NCBI GenBank assembly: GCA_013265495.1
Contig: MU057560.1
Location: forward strand, 3,346,909 to 3,410,908
Length of the DNA: 64,000 bases
Direction: 5' to 3'
DNA from: Vicugna vicugna
Lineage: Eukaryota
Below, one piece after another: positions 24,701 through 36,517 of the stretch. Within the stretch, counting starts at the first letter, position 1; every line of letters starts with the position of its first letter. The position numbers and the translations under genes were made by a program. The notes under the pieces are model-generated. The model saw nothing but the letters and a program-made list of their open reading frames with translations. It had not been told where the DNA came from and did not search any database.

Positions 24701-27700
24701 TTTGTGATCAAACTTCTAAGAACGTTCCTTGTGCACTTGAAGCAAAGCTGTGTTCTCCAGTGTCAGGGACCAGAATTCTCCACCTACCCGTGCAAGTGTC
24801 TTCCTGATCACCTTGATTGTGACGAACACACTTACACAAAGTCTTCAACGTCAGTGCCTGTCTCGGATTGAGAGAATTGCCTGCGTTTCCTCCTGTTCCC
24901 CCGCAGGTCTCCTGCAGTTTCCGGCCTGTGGCAGGTTCTGCTCCATCCTTGGGTTGTAATTATCAGGGGCTGAATCCTCAGAGTCAGAGCACATCCTTCC
25001 TCGTCTCTTAGGGCTCCTGCACAACCCTGCCCCATCACAGATGAAAACAGGGAGGCCCACTTCGTACCACTGACACTCACCGCTCTGTTCTAACCCTTCC
25101 TTTTAGAGCTTTTTTTTTTAACCTTTTGTTTAAGGTGTGTTGCTTATGTACAAAATACTTTTGGATTTTGCCCTGTTAGTCAACCTAAAACGTTTTCAGT
25201 AAGTGCATTAAGCACACGTACATTTACTGAAGCTGGTGTTTCAATCTGAATCTCTTGTTCCATTTTACGTTGTGTTTATGTGACACCTGCCTTTCACAGT
25301 CTCTGCCTCAGCTTATTCTCTGCCCTCGGTGCTCCCCGCTTGCCATTCAGTTTATAGAAAGGTTTGTATTTCTGTGTATTGTGTGCTTTATCCCAGTAAT
25401 CTCACCCAATACCCTCTGATTCCCTCTATTTTGAACGCTGTCCCCTGGTTCTCAGTAAGTGATCTCCCTCCTAGCATTTAACTTGAAGTAACACCCTTGT
25501 ACTGGAAATCAGTATCTCTCAGGCAACTGACAAGGTTTTTCTAACTTTTCATATTCCCTTTCAATTCCTGCCCCACTCCTTTTAAATAAATTTGCTATAT
25601 TCCCCTTTATTTTAGCAAGATGCATTCACTGCCTATAGAATCTTCACTCACATTTATCTGCTTTTATTATTTTTGGAGACACTCTTATGCAGAAGCTTCT
25701 GGCTTCTTTGGTCAGAAAGTTAGCTATCGGTCTCAGTTTCTGTTTTTGTAAAACGGCATGTCTTTTCTTTTCCAGGCTGCTTTTAAGATTTTCTGATTGT
25801 CTTTGTTTGTTCTGGAATATTATTTCTTTATTCTTTCATGCTTATTCTGAGTGGGGGGTCATGGGATTCTCAAATCTGCAGCTTGATGTCTCTCATCAGC
25901 TCTGGAGACTTTTCATCTGTTCAGTGATTACTTCTCTCCATCCAGGGCTCCTTTCCCTCCAGGGCCCGACTGCAAGTTCAGCAGGTCCTGCACTTTGTTC
26001 TTACGGATTCTCTCCTGTGTCTCTCTGTGCTTTGCTCTGAGGCTCACCTCTTACTGTCTACTTCACTAACTGTCCCTTCTGGCAAGTTTGTTACTGATTT
26101 CAGCTACTGATTTTTTAATTCTAGAATTCCCAGGAGTCTTTCTATAGCTTCCAACCCCCTGCTAAAGTTCGTTGTTTTACCAATTCTTGCACATACTAAT
26201 CACAGACGTTTTAAAGTTCATCAATTCCTCCTCCGGTATCTGTACTGCTGGTAGGAGGTGTTCTGGCTGAGACTGTCCCTCAGGATCCAGGACATCTGCA
26301 GCCCCGCTGGGCAGCCAGTGAAGGAAGAGCCCACTGCTGTCTCTGTGGTGGCCGGATGATGCCAGGCTGGCAGGAGGCTGGCCAACAGCTATGTAGCCCA
26401 CTGCGGGGAGCCCTGAGCACTGCCTGGAATGGAGCTGCCCCTCGTTGCCTTGTGTTGGATTTGCCAGATGTTTCCTCATGCCTGCCTCTGACCCACCCAA
26501 GCTGGTGATGGGGTGGACAGCCACTAGGGCCGTTCCCGTCCTTGAGGACATCAGGGTTACCTGGCAGCTTCGGTCTTGTGGAAGAAACTCTCAGAGGGCC
26601 CTGGCAGAGGTGCTTCCTCTGAGCTGGAGGTGGGGGTGGCGACTGGCCTGTGTGTGCTGGGACTCTGAGCTCTGTGTGGGGCAGACGCATCACATTACCC
26701 ATTTGCCTTTACTGTGAGGACCTCCTCCCCTGTACCCAGCGTGCTCCCAGGTCGTGTGTCGTCCCTTAGTTGGGAGTGAGGAGTGTGGCATGTGTGGGAA
26801 GTTGCCTGCCCAGAGCAGCCGTGACAGAGCCCAGCATTTTCCTGGGAGAAATCAGGGGCCGGAAAACCACTGACTCTCAACAGAGCAATGGCAACTCCAT
26901 TTGAGCACCCCTTGAAACATTTTGTTCTTCATTCCTCTCACTGATACTTGAAGGTGGGTACTGCAGCTCCACATGTCAGCAGAGGGCCGTTTACGAAGTC
27001 CAGCAGCCCTGGAAGTGAACCACGGTTGGCACTGGTGTCCAGACACCAGCTGTCAGACTCAAGGACCTGCCACCTTCCCCGGGACACAGATGAGGTGAGT
27101 CCATCCTGCACCCCTGGGGCTGCCCACCTGACTCAGACCCCAGCCTTCCTGTGTCTTTTCATTTGTACAACTTTTAAAGAAGGTCTTTTTTAGAAGACTC
27201 ATTTCCCCTTATTTAGATGTGTCTTCAGTATGTTCCATAATTAAACTTTGAAAGCCCACCTCATTTCCATGGACATAAATGTCTTAAGAGGATGCAGCTG
27301 TGTCATTCTTGGCATCTTTCAAAGAAAATACACAGATTAGGAAGTGCAGAAAGAGAGGTCCGCTGCTTTCAGCAGTTACTCAGAGCTGCCCCGCCTTCAA
27401 CTGCCTCCTGCAGATCCATCGCTGGTGCTCCAGTGTTCCTGACGTGGGGAACCTGCCTGTCCCGGGACCAGGGCCCTCTTTCAGAGTTGTGGCCTGGAGG
27501 TCTGACATTCCGCAGGCATGAAATGGTCCAAGGCTCTAAGAGGTGAGGAAGACGTAAACTCCTTGTTTTGACTCATTAGTAGCATGGCTTTGGCAATTCT
27601 AATTTATTCTTCATGAATGGATAAATCACTGTCCAGGGGGGCACGTGGTCACTTCCATTAGCACAATCTTGAACCTAATAAAAGATGATTTTCTGTCTCT

Positions 27701-28951
27701 TCAGGCCCAATTGCTCAAGTAGCAATCAGAGTTGGGGATAATAAAATAGAGTTACAGTAAACAAACCAGAGTCTTGGCTTCTCTGTCTGTGTAAGGTGGC
27801 AAATATTCATATCTAGAGATGTCTCTCTAGATATGAGAGTGCATAGAGCTGATGTTTGATATTCCTCCCAGTGAACCAGAACATCTACTTCCAAATAGAA
27901 GGAGGTGTTGAGAGACGAGAAGGTCAGTTAGATGGCAGGGTCTTTATGAGGGAGCGGCGTGGACGTAAGGCGCTGTAGACAGTCTGCCCAAGTCGAGTCA
28001 CCTGGGCCACAGTGTTTGGCAGACACCCCTGTCTTTACCAGGTGAGAACTGTCAGGGAGAGGCGACCTCCTTTCACTTTGCACCTGTGACAGTGGGTGCA
28101 GAGCGAGGACGTGTCTCACTGGGTGGCACCTGTGGCCCGTCTGCGGCGAGCTGGGTGCATGTCCTCGCCAACAACACGCCCACTGCATGTCGGGTTGGGG
28201 CCTCGCTGGAGGCTTCAATTTTGAGTTTGTCCTTGATTCTTACTTTTTTCGGTTGGAGCCTCTCCACCCTTTCAAAGATGAACTGGGGACAGGGAGTTGC
28301 ATTACAACGATACTCAAAATCCTAAGAAAGAATGAATGAAGCTGTTCCTTAACATGCAGAAGTGATGAAGAGGGGATGGAGGGGGTGGAGGGCAGATGGG
28401 GATCGGGCTGTGGGGGGATGGAGGGGAGGATAGATGGGGAGGGAGGGGGAGGGAGTGGGATCAAGGGGGATAGAGGGGCGATGGAGAGGGGATGGAGGGA
28501 GGCTCTGACAGCAGAGGGCGCCTGCAGCTGAGATTCTTGTGGTGCCTCCAGCTCTGCTGACCGCACTGCCAGGCCCACCACCAACTGCACCACCGCTGAC
28601 CCCGTCCACCAGACACCTGGGCCATCATAAAGTGCCACGAACCCCAAGTTTCTCCTCGTCCAGTCCCACTTGCCAGCTAATGACCCGCCTCTCCCAGGAG
28701 TACTCTGAGAAAACAAACTGAACCAGTCCGCCCAAATAAGTGTCGAAACACTCGAAAACAAAACAAAGCAAAACAAAATCAGCCCACAAGGGAGTTAAAT
28801 AGCTCTTGTCTTGGTAACCTTTCCAGTAATTTTGCAAGAAATCCACATTTTGCCAAATGTTTTATAAAAACTCGGTTTTTTACAGAGCTGCATATATTCC
28901 AAAATCGAACGAAAAGCAAGAGAGGTCTTGAAGAGACAGAAAGGAGAGCGG
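21768..28951 (+). CDS. Unidentified candidate spliced ORF with exons 21768-21931, 22150-22194, 27336-27542, 28698-28813 and 28886-28951
   Basis: Each exon has AG/GT boundaries, phases chain 0-2-2-2-1-1, and there are no stops. Peptide QAKNQGERE...AVSERSLATIKFKDEPAFTLLGSAEREVRCFQQLL...GSKRSTLRKQTEPV...SSCLELHIFQNRTKSKRGLEETERRA. No homolog recognised. Sites were chosen by eye, so a chance chain is possible. Confidence 0.25.
22243..22282 (-). other. Candidate 40-bp minus-strand exon
   Basis: ggttcag/GAAAATG...AACCTG/gtaaga: strong donor and plausible acceptor. Confidence 0.3.
24190..24368 (-). other. Candidate 179-bp minus-strand exon
   Basis: ttctctcctaag/G...ACAG/gtaaat. One frame is open throughout: QIQNKQKEK...MNYNTKSRTNVGEIRLHENQPNRQNSQANSIKKRRKT. 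Confidence 0.35.
24385..24630. promoter_or_regulatory. CpG island with GC boxes and a G-quadruplex-type motif
   Basis: About 250 bp of very high GC and CpG, with gggcgggccgggcggggggggtccggg, between AT-rich flanks. Confidence 0.75.
25150..26250 (-). mobile_element. Very old L1M (L1ME/L1M5-type) 5'/ORF1 remnant
   Basis: T-rich; ggctgcttttaagattttct...gcagcttgatgtctctcatcagctctgga resembles the antisense L1M 5' region. Confidence 0.5.
28370..28502 (+). repeat. G/A-rich low-complexity tract of degenerate GGA(T)GG units
   Basis: About 130 bp with many GGG runs and few pyrimidines. Confidence 0.85.
28505..28520 (+). promoter_or_regulatory. CTCF-like motif
   Basis: acagcagagggcgc versus the CTCF core CCASYAGRKGGCRS (one mismatch). 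Confidence 0.35.
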
Positions 28952-30169
28952 GTAACTGTTTGTTTCCTGCAAGGTTTTGAGGCAGATTCCCGGTTAAATG
29001 CTAGTTTGCCCCCCAGTCAGCACCTGGCATCCTTTGAAATCAGCAGGGTCCGGGGAAGAGCAGGCGCTTAGGCGCAGCATTCAGCTTACTGTGTGATAGG
29101 GCTCCCACTCTTCTCCCCACAGGGACCCTCAGGCCCCCACGTGCATCTGAGGCCAGAGGGCTGGGGGCTCAGGGGCCTGGGAGCGTGAACACAGCTCGCC
29201 TGCCCCGTTGTCTGCCCCCAGAGCCACAAAGAGCTGAGAGCCATCGAAGGGCAGAAGACCTTCAGTTCCCCTTGACTGAAACGAATGACGAACACTCCAT
29301 GAAACCTACAGGACCATACTCTTTACGCATTCCACATCAGTGAGAGACTCTACTTCTAAATACCATGTGAGTCTAAAATCTTCCACTTAAAAGTGACTTT
29401 TTAAAAACCTTTCATCAAAAGCAAAATTTCTAACAGGTTTCATGGAAGCAAACGCTAAGAGTCTTGACAAAGCACAGACCCTAAGCGTGTGGATGATGAT
29501 CGTTTCCAGAACCATGAGCTCTAGCTTTCTGGGCACCAAGGGAAAGCAATTTCTTAGAAGAAGAAGGAGAAAAGGAAGAAGAGAGAAGGCAACTGTTCCC
29601 TCCCGCAGGCGGGCCCCCAGCCCCCACCCGGCGACCGGTACCCCGGGCCCAGTCTCTCCCTGGGGTGGGGTGGTGGGGGGAGAACGGCAGGTGCGGTGGA
29701 GGACCCCCTCCCAGAACCCAGGCCCCTGAACGAGGGCCCGGGGCAGCAGCATCGTCCCAGCCCCCGAGTGTCCCCACCCACACGCTGACGCTCAAGAAAT
29801 GACCACGAAGGGCGGCGAATGCACCCTGCGGAGACCCAGCAACGGAAGGAGCGAGGGGCAGGCGCAGTGAGTCTCTGTGAAGACTGAGCCTGCGCAGCAC
29901 GGCTGGCGCCCACTCGTTCAAGTGGTTAAACCTGAGAGCCCTAGGTTCTGATTTCTGCCAAGGTAAACTCCCTGGGGAGGCCGCAGAAACAGTGTGACCC
30001 CTGAGCCTACAGCTCACATTGGGAGGCAGCGTGAGTTCACGTGCGCTGGGCTCTCCTAGAAAGTGATGCTTGCCATTATTCTTTCAGACAAAACGGGAAA
30101 ATTCTGACATTGAAGAGGGGACTCGGATTTTGGGGGTATTTATTGTAATGTCAGAAAAATTGATACAAT

Positions 30170-30920
30170 ATGTTAAAATTGGTGCACCTTGCTGCAATAT
30201 GTGTTTATACTTTTAAGGGAAAAATACTTTTTCTCCTTGTAATAGTACTTTATGTTCATTACAGAATATTTAAAAAATTAACAGAAGTAAACTACATTAA
30301 ATCATCCATTTATCTCATCACCCAGAAATAATTGTTCTTAGCTATTTAGTATGTGTTCTTCCAGGTTTCTCAGTTTGTGTACTTTATAGTTTTCAAAAAT
30401 AGGATACTGCTGTTTTCCTCTTTTGTAAACCTTTCTTTTTCACTTAACAGAATATTGCCAGCATGTTTCCAAGTAAGTCAACCTATAATTATGATTTTGG
30501 GTGTTCATAGAATTCTACTTGTGGATTTATCATAATCTACCTGACTGCTCTTCTGCTAACTGAGAATTATTTTGTTTCCAGGTTTTTTCCTCAATTTTTA
30601 AGATTGCTGTAAAGATTATCCTTAAACATGCATATTTGCTTCTTCTCAAATTTTCTTTTCCTTACAAAAATTTTCTGGCACTGTTGCACATATTTTTAAA
30701 ATTATCAGCACACATTTTTAGGTGGTCTTTCCAAAAGCTCACCCTGGACATCCCACCAATGAACACACAGCAAGGGGTCCTTTCCCTCCTTCACCAATTT
30801 GCCTGGAAAAGGAAGATTCTACTATTGTTTTAGTTGTCATTTTTGGAAATCCGGTGCTTGAAAGCCTTTTCTCACATTTCTACTGGCTATTGTATTCATT
30901 TAATAAGAAGAAAAAGAATG
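30170..30920 (-). mobile_element. Old L1ME 3' remnant
   Basis: AT-rich; ttaagattgctgtaaagattatccttaaacatgcatatttg and aatccggtgcttgaaagcctttttctcacatttctactggctatt are typical of antisense L1M. Confidence 0.5.
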
Positions 30921-31151
30921 AGAACACTTCTGTTGAGGAAAAAGCTATCAGGGCACTTGGACTAGGAGACATCTGGGGACAGAGTGTTGATCAGCACTGG
31001 GAGACCGAGATGACAGGCAAGGGCTCGGCCTCAGAAAAGGGATACACTTGGGTTTTGCTTCTGAGAAGGGAAGGAGATGGTGCTTGGTGTGAGGCTGGGG
31101 CAAAGCGCCCAGTAAATCCCAGTCCTGGGTCGTCCACGTGTGTTTCAAGAA

Positions 31152-31176
31152 CAAGGCTGTTCTCCGCTGCAGGACC

Positions 31177-31221
<45 letters not shown>

Positions 31222-31259
31222 CAAGGCTGTTCTCCGCTGCAGGACCCCTGTGTGTGTGT
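31152..31259. repeat. 27-bp unique segment plus (TG)n, duplicated; includes (TG)20
   Basis: caaggctgttctccgctgcaggacccc at 31152 and at 31222, followed by (TG)20 and (TG)5 respectively. Confidence 0.95.
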
Positions 31260-31966
31260 CAAGAATTGGAAATAAACTCCGACCGCTCCTCTGGAGTCCT
31301 CAAGTCTGAGCTATTTCAGAATTAGCGGAACGGGAATAAACCGTGACATGAGCGTGTAAGTCCCCAGGGACGCCCCAGAGGCCTGGGGCTGTGATCCTCA
31401 CCTGGGCTGAAGAATGACAGGTTAGAATTCAAGGGCCGGGAAGATCCTGGACGGGACTTGGACTGCGAGGCCATGGCTGTGCGTTGAGCGGTTCTGGGGC
31501 AGCGCCGCGCTGGGTGTGGATTAACTCCCTCCCCTCGATGACGCGCATAAGCCACACGTGTAACGCCCCTTTCACATGCGTGGGCACAGGTCTCCCTGCG
31601 GGGCCGGCTAGGAGGTAAGTGGCTGAGCTGGGGCTGATTCTGGAACCTGCTCCTGACGGCCGCGCACGCACCCTCCGCTCGCAAGGAAGCACCTGGATGC
31701 GCACTGTGTGCTTCCACTGGTGATTCTGCTGTTTCTGACTGGTTTCTTAAAAAGTAATGTGTGCGTTAAGTGTTTCGAGCATTTTAATAGATGGCGGAAA
31801 TACTTTCCATTTTCAGTGCTGTTTGTGGGTTTTGCTGGATGTGGCGGAGATCTCAAGGCAGCTCCCAAACCTCCCCCCCGGGGCTGTGGGTCATGCAGCG
31901 CAGCAGCCTGTGGACTGTTTGGTTTGATCCAATTGGAAATGTCCCACAGCGGATCTTGGAGCTCCT

Positions 31967-32056
31967 GTGACAGAACCGCTCAGGGTCCCACCACTGCGGT
32001 GACAGAACCGCTCAGGGTCCCACCACTGCGGTGACAGAACCGCTCAGGGTCCCACC
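31967..32056. repeat. 32-bp tandem repeat, 2.8 perfect copies
   Basis: Unit gtgacagaaccgctcagggtcccaccactgcg at 31967, 31999 and 32031 (partial). Confidence 0.95.
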
Positions 32057-32139
32057 GTACTGGGGTGACGTCATTGCCTGTGGTAGAAACTTGGAGACGC
32101 ACAGGAGACTTCCAGGAAATTTAGGTTAAATGTCTCTAT

Positions 32140-32575
32140 AAAGTCAGTTCTTCCACTTCGTCAAGTATGTGATGCATTTACCACAGCGAAAACAATGAGG
32201 AAGGTGGTCTCTTGTCAGTGAGACCCTGCACGTTGTCCTCTGCGTCCAGCTGACTTCAGTTAGCATAGTCAGGATACCCACGTTGTTGCAAACGGCAGGG
32301 CTTCCTGTATCTTTAAGGGTGAAGAACATGCCACCATATACACACACACGTTTTTCATCCGTTCATCCACCACCAGACACTTAGGTTGTTACCGTCTCTC
32401 GCCTGTCGTGAACACGGGGTGCAGATGTCTTGTGCAGAGAGTGATTTTATCTGATCACACACCCAGCAGGGGGGTTGCTGGAGCACACGGTAGTTCTCTT
32501 TTTAATATTTTTGAGGAACCTCCATATTGTTTTCCAAAGTGGTTGCACTGGTTACATTCTCACCAACTGAACTGT
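32140..32575 (-). mobile_element. L1M 3' ORF2/UTR fragment
   Basis: tttttcatccgttcatccacc...cacttaggttg...tttttgaggaacctccatattgttttccaaagtggttgcac is a classic antisense L1 signature. Confidence 0.8.
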
Positions 32576-33829
32576 ACGCCTAAAAACGGTTAAAATAGTA
32601 AATCTTATGCTACATGTATTTTGTCAATAAAAACACTGGGAAAAAAAGAAAGAAGGAAAGGCACCTTTTTAGCAGCAGGGCCTGGCTCAGCAGGGCCCTC
32701 TGTGTCACGGATCTTGCAGACCCCACGTAATTGTGTTCCTCCCTGCGGTCAGCCTGGCCCCAGCTCTGCGTCCGGGCGTGAGACTGGACTGTCCCCGGTC
32801 AGGATGATTAATGCACATTTGTCATCCCGCCCTTAGATCAGAAGAAGTTAGAATAAGTCAGAAGTAAAAACCAAACAATAAAGAAACCAAAAACCATATG
32901 TACCATGAAGGCGAGCTGTTTGTCAAAGATGCTGAAATATGTGGATGGCCAGGTGGGGAAACAGAGGCCCTGCCTCCAGCCGGGAGGGTGCAGGCGGCAG
33001 GGAGGCGGTGGCGGGAGGGCCCACGTGGGCACAGTCCTCTGGGCATCCATCTCCTACTGGACGTTGGTGGCTGTAGGCAGAGCTCAGCCCGCCTCACCTG
33101 GAGAGGCTGAGGTCGGGAGGGCAGCGCTGTTCGCACGAGTGCTTCCTGGAGTGGCAGGTGTCTCTGCGGGTCCTCGGGACCAGCGTGACTCAGCTCCCGC
33201 CCACTGGTGACTCCTCCCGTTCCTTCTTCTGGCTTCTCACAGCCCAGGCTGAGGGAATGAGCAGCTTATCAGCATAGCCTGGGTGCAGTTTTGCTTTGCC
33301 TGCTGGGCTGTGCGGATAATGTGGCCAGCTGCACGCCAACAATGTGTGCAGACAATGCGCAAATGAGCACTGTGGCGTCAGGACAGTGCGGGTGCTCCAG
33401 TCGGAGGCCCAGCGTCTGCAGATGTGACGGTGACAAGAGACAGAAATGCAGCCCGGCCCTCGGGGGACGGGCCTGCAGTGGGTCCAGAGCGGAGAACATT
33501 GGTCCCAGACAGAGTGAGCGCCCGCGTGGAGGACACTCCCCAGGCCCTGGAATAAAGCTGGGGGGCTGGGGTTCACGTTTTAGGGAAACAGCACTGTGGC
33601 TCGTTCTGCTCATTAGCAGAGGTGAGGAGGGCAGCCTGCAGCCCGGGGACGAGGGAACCACAGGGCGGCTGTCAGTTGTTCAGCAAGGGCTTCACCTCTT
33701 AGCCAGCAGACTGCTCGGCCATGTGTGTCTGTGCGGCTGGGTAATATACACATATGTAACTATAACACACACGATACAGATACGTGTGCCCACGAATGAG
33801 ACAGTCTGTCCTCACGCAGGGGACCATCA

Positions 33830-34720
33830 TGCTAGACTTTATTCTTCAGAGCAGCTTTGGGTTCACAGAAACCTGGGAAGAAGGTTCAGAGGGCTCAGGC
33901 ACAGCCTCTGGTGGCACGCTCCCCGGTCATCAGCACCCCCGCCAGCCGGAGTGTCCGTTACAGCTGATCAGCCACGTCCCGTCTGGACGCGTCCTCACCA
34001 CCGAGTCCACAGCTGGCTCTGTCCACTCGTGCTGTCGTGCATTCTGCGGGCATAGACACGTGTGATGAGAAGGACCCACCGTGACGGTGTTACCGGAGTG
34101 GCTGCCCGGCTCTGAAACCCTCTTGCCACCTGTCCATCCCACAGCAACCCCTGGCCACCACTGACTTTCTTTACTGTCTCTGTGGTTCTGTCTTTTCAGA
34201 ATGCTGCAGAGTCGGCATCGTGCATCATAGCCCTTTCAGATCCAGTCCTTTCACTCAGTTAACGTGAATATAAAGTGCCTCCATGTCTCTTCATGGGCAG
34301 GCAGCTCCTTTCTTTTTAGTGCTGAATAACATTCTGTTATTATGTCTGGAATGTTGCGCAGTTTACTTTTCCATTCATGTGCTGAAGGACATCTTGGTCG
34401 TGTCCAGGTTTTGGCAATTATGAATAAAACTGCAATAAACATCTGTGCTCAGGCTTCTGTGTGAACGTAACATTGAAGCTCCTTTCGGTAAACACCAGGG
34501 GGCATGGTTACTGGGTAGCGTGGTAAGAGAGCGCTTAGCTCCGTGAAAAGCCACCAAACTGTCTTCCAAGTATCGATGCTGTTTTGTGTTCCCACCAGCC
34601 GCGAGCCGGTTCCCGTCCCTCCACATCCTCGCCGGCCCGCAGTGCTGTCAATGTCTGCATTTGGTCCTTCTGATAGGTGAGGTGGCGCCTTGTTGAAACA
34701 GCGTCTGTAAACTTAGTGTT
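33830..34720 (-). mobile_element. L1MB-type 3' end
   Basis: cagagcagctttgggttcacagaaa...cagcaacccctggccaccactga...gtccaggttttggcaattatgaataaaactgc resembles the antisense L1MB 3' end. Confidence 0.75.
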
Positions 34721-35034
34721 AAACGCAGTCGCACCAGAAGAAGACAGGAGATTTACCCGCTGCCGAATCACACAGTCTGCACTGAAGTCGTTTCGGCTCC
34801 CCGAGCCTCAGCTCATCAGCTGAGGGGAGAACGATGCTGACGCCTGTGCCGGGGGTTTGTCCAGATAAAATGTGAGGACATCAAGGGTTTGGTAAACTGT
34901 GAGTTGCTAAATAAGAATTAGTTATTACCTGTATCAGCAGCACTGGATAGAATACTAAGTAGAAAAAGAATGGAGAGAAGAAAATGTTGGTAAACTGGCG
35001 AGTCTGACACCCCAACAAGACACTGCCCATATGC

Positions 35035-35150
35035 CAATTCATCCATTCATTCATAAGTAAACATGACACATTTGTGACACACTTGGACCTCAGGACACAA
35101 CACGGTCGAGGCAGGCGTGACAAGGACAGAGGCCCTCACCGAAGTGGCTG
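35035..35150 (-). mobile_element. L2 3'-end fragment
   Basis: catccattcattcat... followed by acaaggacagaggccctcacc. Confidence 0.4.
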
Positions 35151-36256
35151 TGAAGGACCGCAGCTGGAAGTAAGAGAGAAATGCTGTGTCATTCAGTTGA
35201 TAATTTCACTGACCAAATAGCCCACATTCAACCAGTCTCAACGAGAAAGTCAGAGCACCCCGGGCTCTGGGATTAAACTACGGATCTCCGGCAGGTGTCT
35301 GACCTCCTCCCGCAGACGTCAGCGGCTCAAGACCAAAGCGTCACCTCAGCGACTCTTAGGTTTGCTCAGTACCTGGACAGGCTTCCTCTCCTGCTGGACA
35401 CACTGCCCGGGAAGAGCTGCGGCAGGGGCGGCTGTGACTCAGCGTGGCGGGGGCTGGCACCCCGTGCCCAGCGGGGTGGCTCAGAGGCTCGTGCTCGCGC
35501 TCCGGCTGGGGTGGAGGACTGGGCCACTCGGCGTCCTGTAAACGATGCAGTCACAGCGAGGGAAAGTGCATCTGTTTGCTTCTCGCAGACAAGTGCAAGC
35601 GCATACCTCTTCTCAAGTTCGTGCTGCTCCTCAGAGCGGCAGTGACGCCTCCCCTTCCTCCTGGAGCCTTCAGCTCGCCCAGCTACGAGGTCACCACACC
35701 ACCGGGTTTGATGAGACCTCTTCCCAGGGCTTTGTCGGGTCCAACATGTTACTCTATTTTATAAGGAAATGTATTTTTTGAATAGGCAGTGGATTGTCCG
35801 CGTTTCCCTGGAGGATGTGGCCTGCCCTCACACGGGTCAGGCGGCCCCAGCCGTCTGCAGGGGGACCTGGTGGTGTTGTCTTCTCTTACCTCCAAACATG
35901 TGTTAGTAGCCTGCTTGCTCTCAGAGGGGAGCTTCGCGTGCCGACCAGGCCCACAAGCAGGCAGGCTCGTGGGCTTTCTCTCTGGCTCTTGAACTGGTGC
36001 ACCCACCACCGTCTAACCCATGGCTGATCCTCCCCGGACGTCCTGCAGGTGCGTTTCAGAGGGCGAGTCAGACCCATGAAAGAGAAGGGACAAGGACTCA
36101 CATCAGCTCTGACTCTCAGAACCACGACCAGAGTGTTCACCTCAGCCCCAAATTTCACTCAGCCCGGCACCCACCTGTTCTGGAAACTTTACCCATCAGA
36201 GCATCCAAATGCAGACATGCACGTGAGTGTATCACCCTGCCCATCTGCAGACGGTC

Positions 36257-36517
36257 CTAACTCACCTGTGTGAGTCTAACTCACCTGTGCGGGTCTAACT
36301 CACCTGTGTGGGTCTAACTCACCTCTGTGAGTCCTAACTCACTTATGTGGGTCTAACTCACCTCTGTGGGTCCTAACTCACTTATGTGGGTCTAATTCAC
36401 CTGTGTGGGTCCTAACTCACCTGTGTGGGTCCTAACTCACTTATGTGGGTCTAACTCACCTGTGTGGGTCTAACTCACCTGTGAGGGTCCTAATTCACCT
36501 TCTGTGGGTCCTAACTT
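36257..36517. repeat. 19/20-bp minisatellite (VNTR), 13 copies plus a partial
   Basis: Consensus CTAACTCACCTGTGTGGGT(C); units start at 36257, 36276, 36295, 36314, 36334, 36353, 36373, 36392, 36412, 36432, 36451, 36470, 36490 and 36511 (partial). Confidence 0.97.

Noticed and set aside
31967-32056. CRISPR array (32-bp repeats); also the 85-bp repeat with a 22-bp spacer at 9806
   Set aside because: No unique spacers in the first case, only two long copies in the second, no cas genes, and the DNA is mammalian
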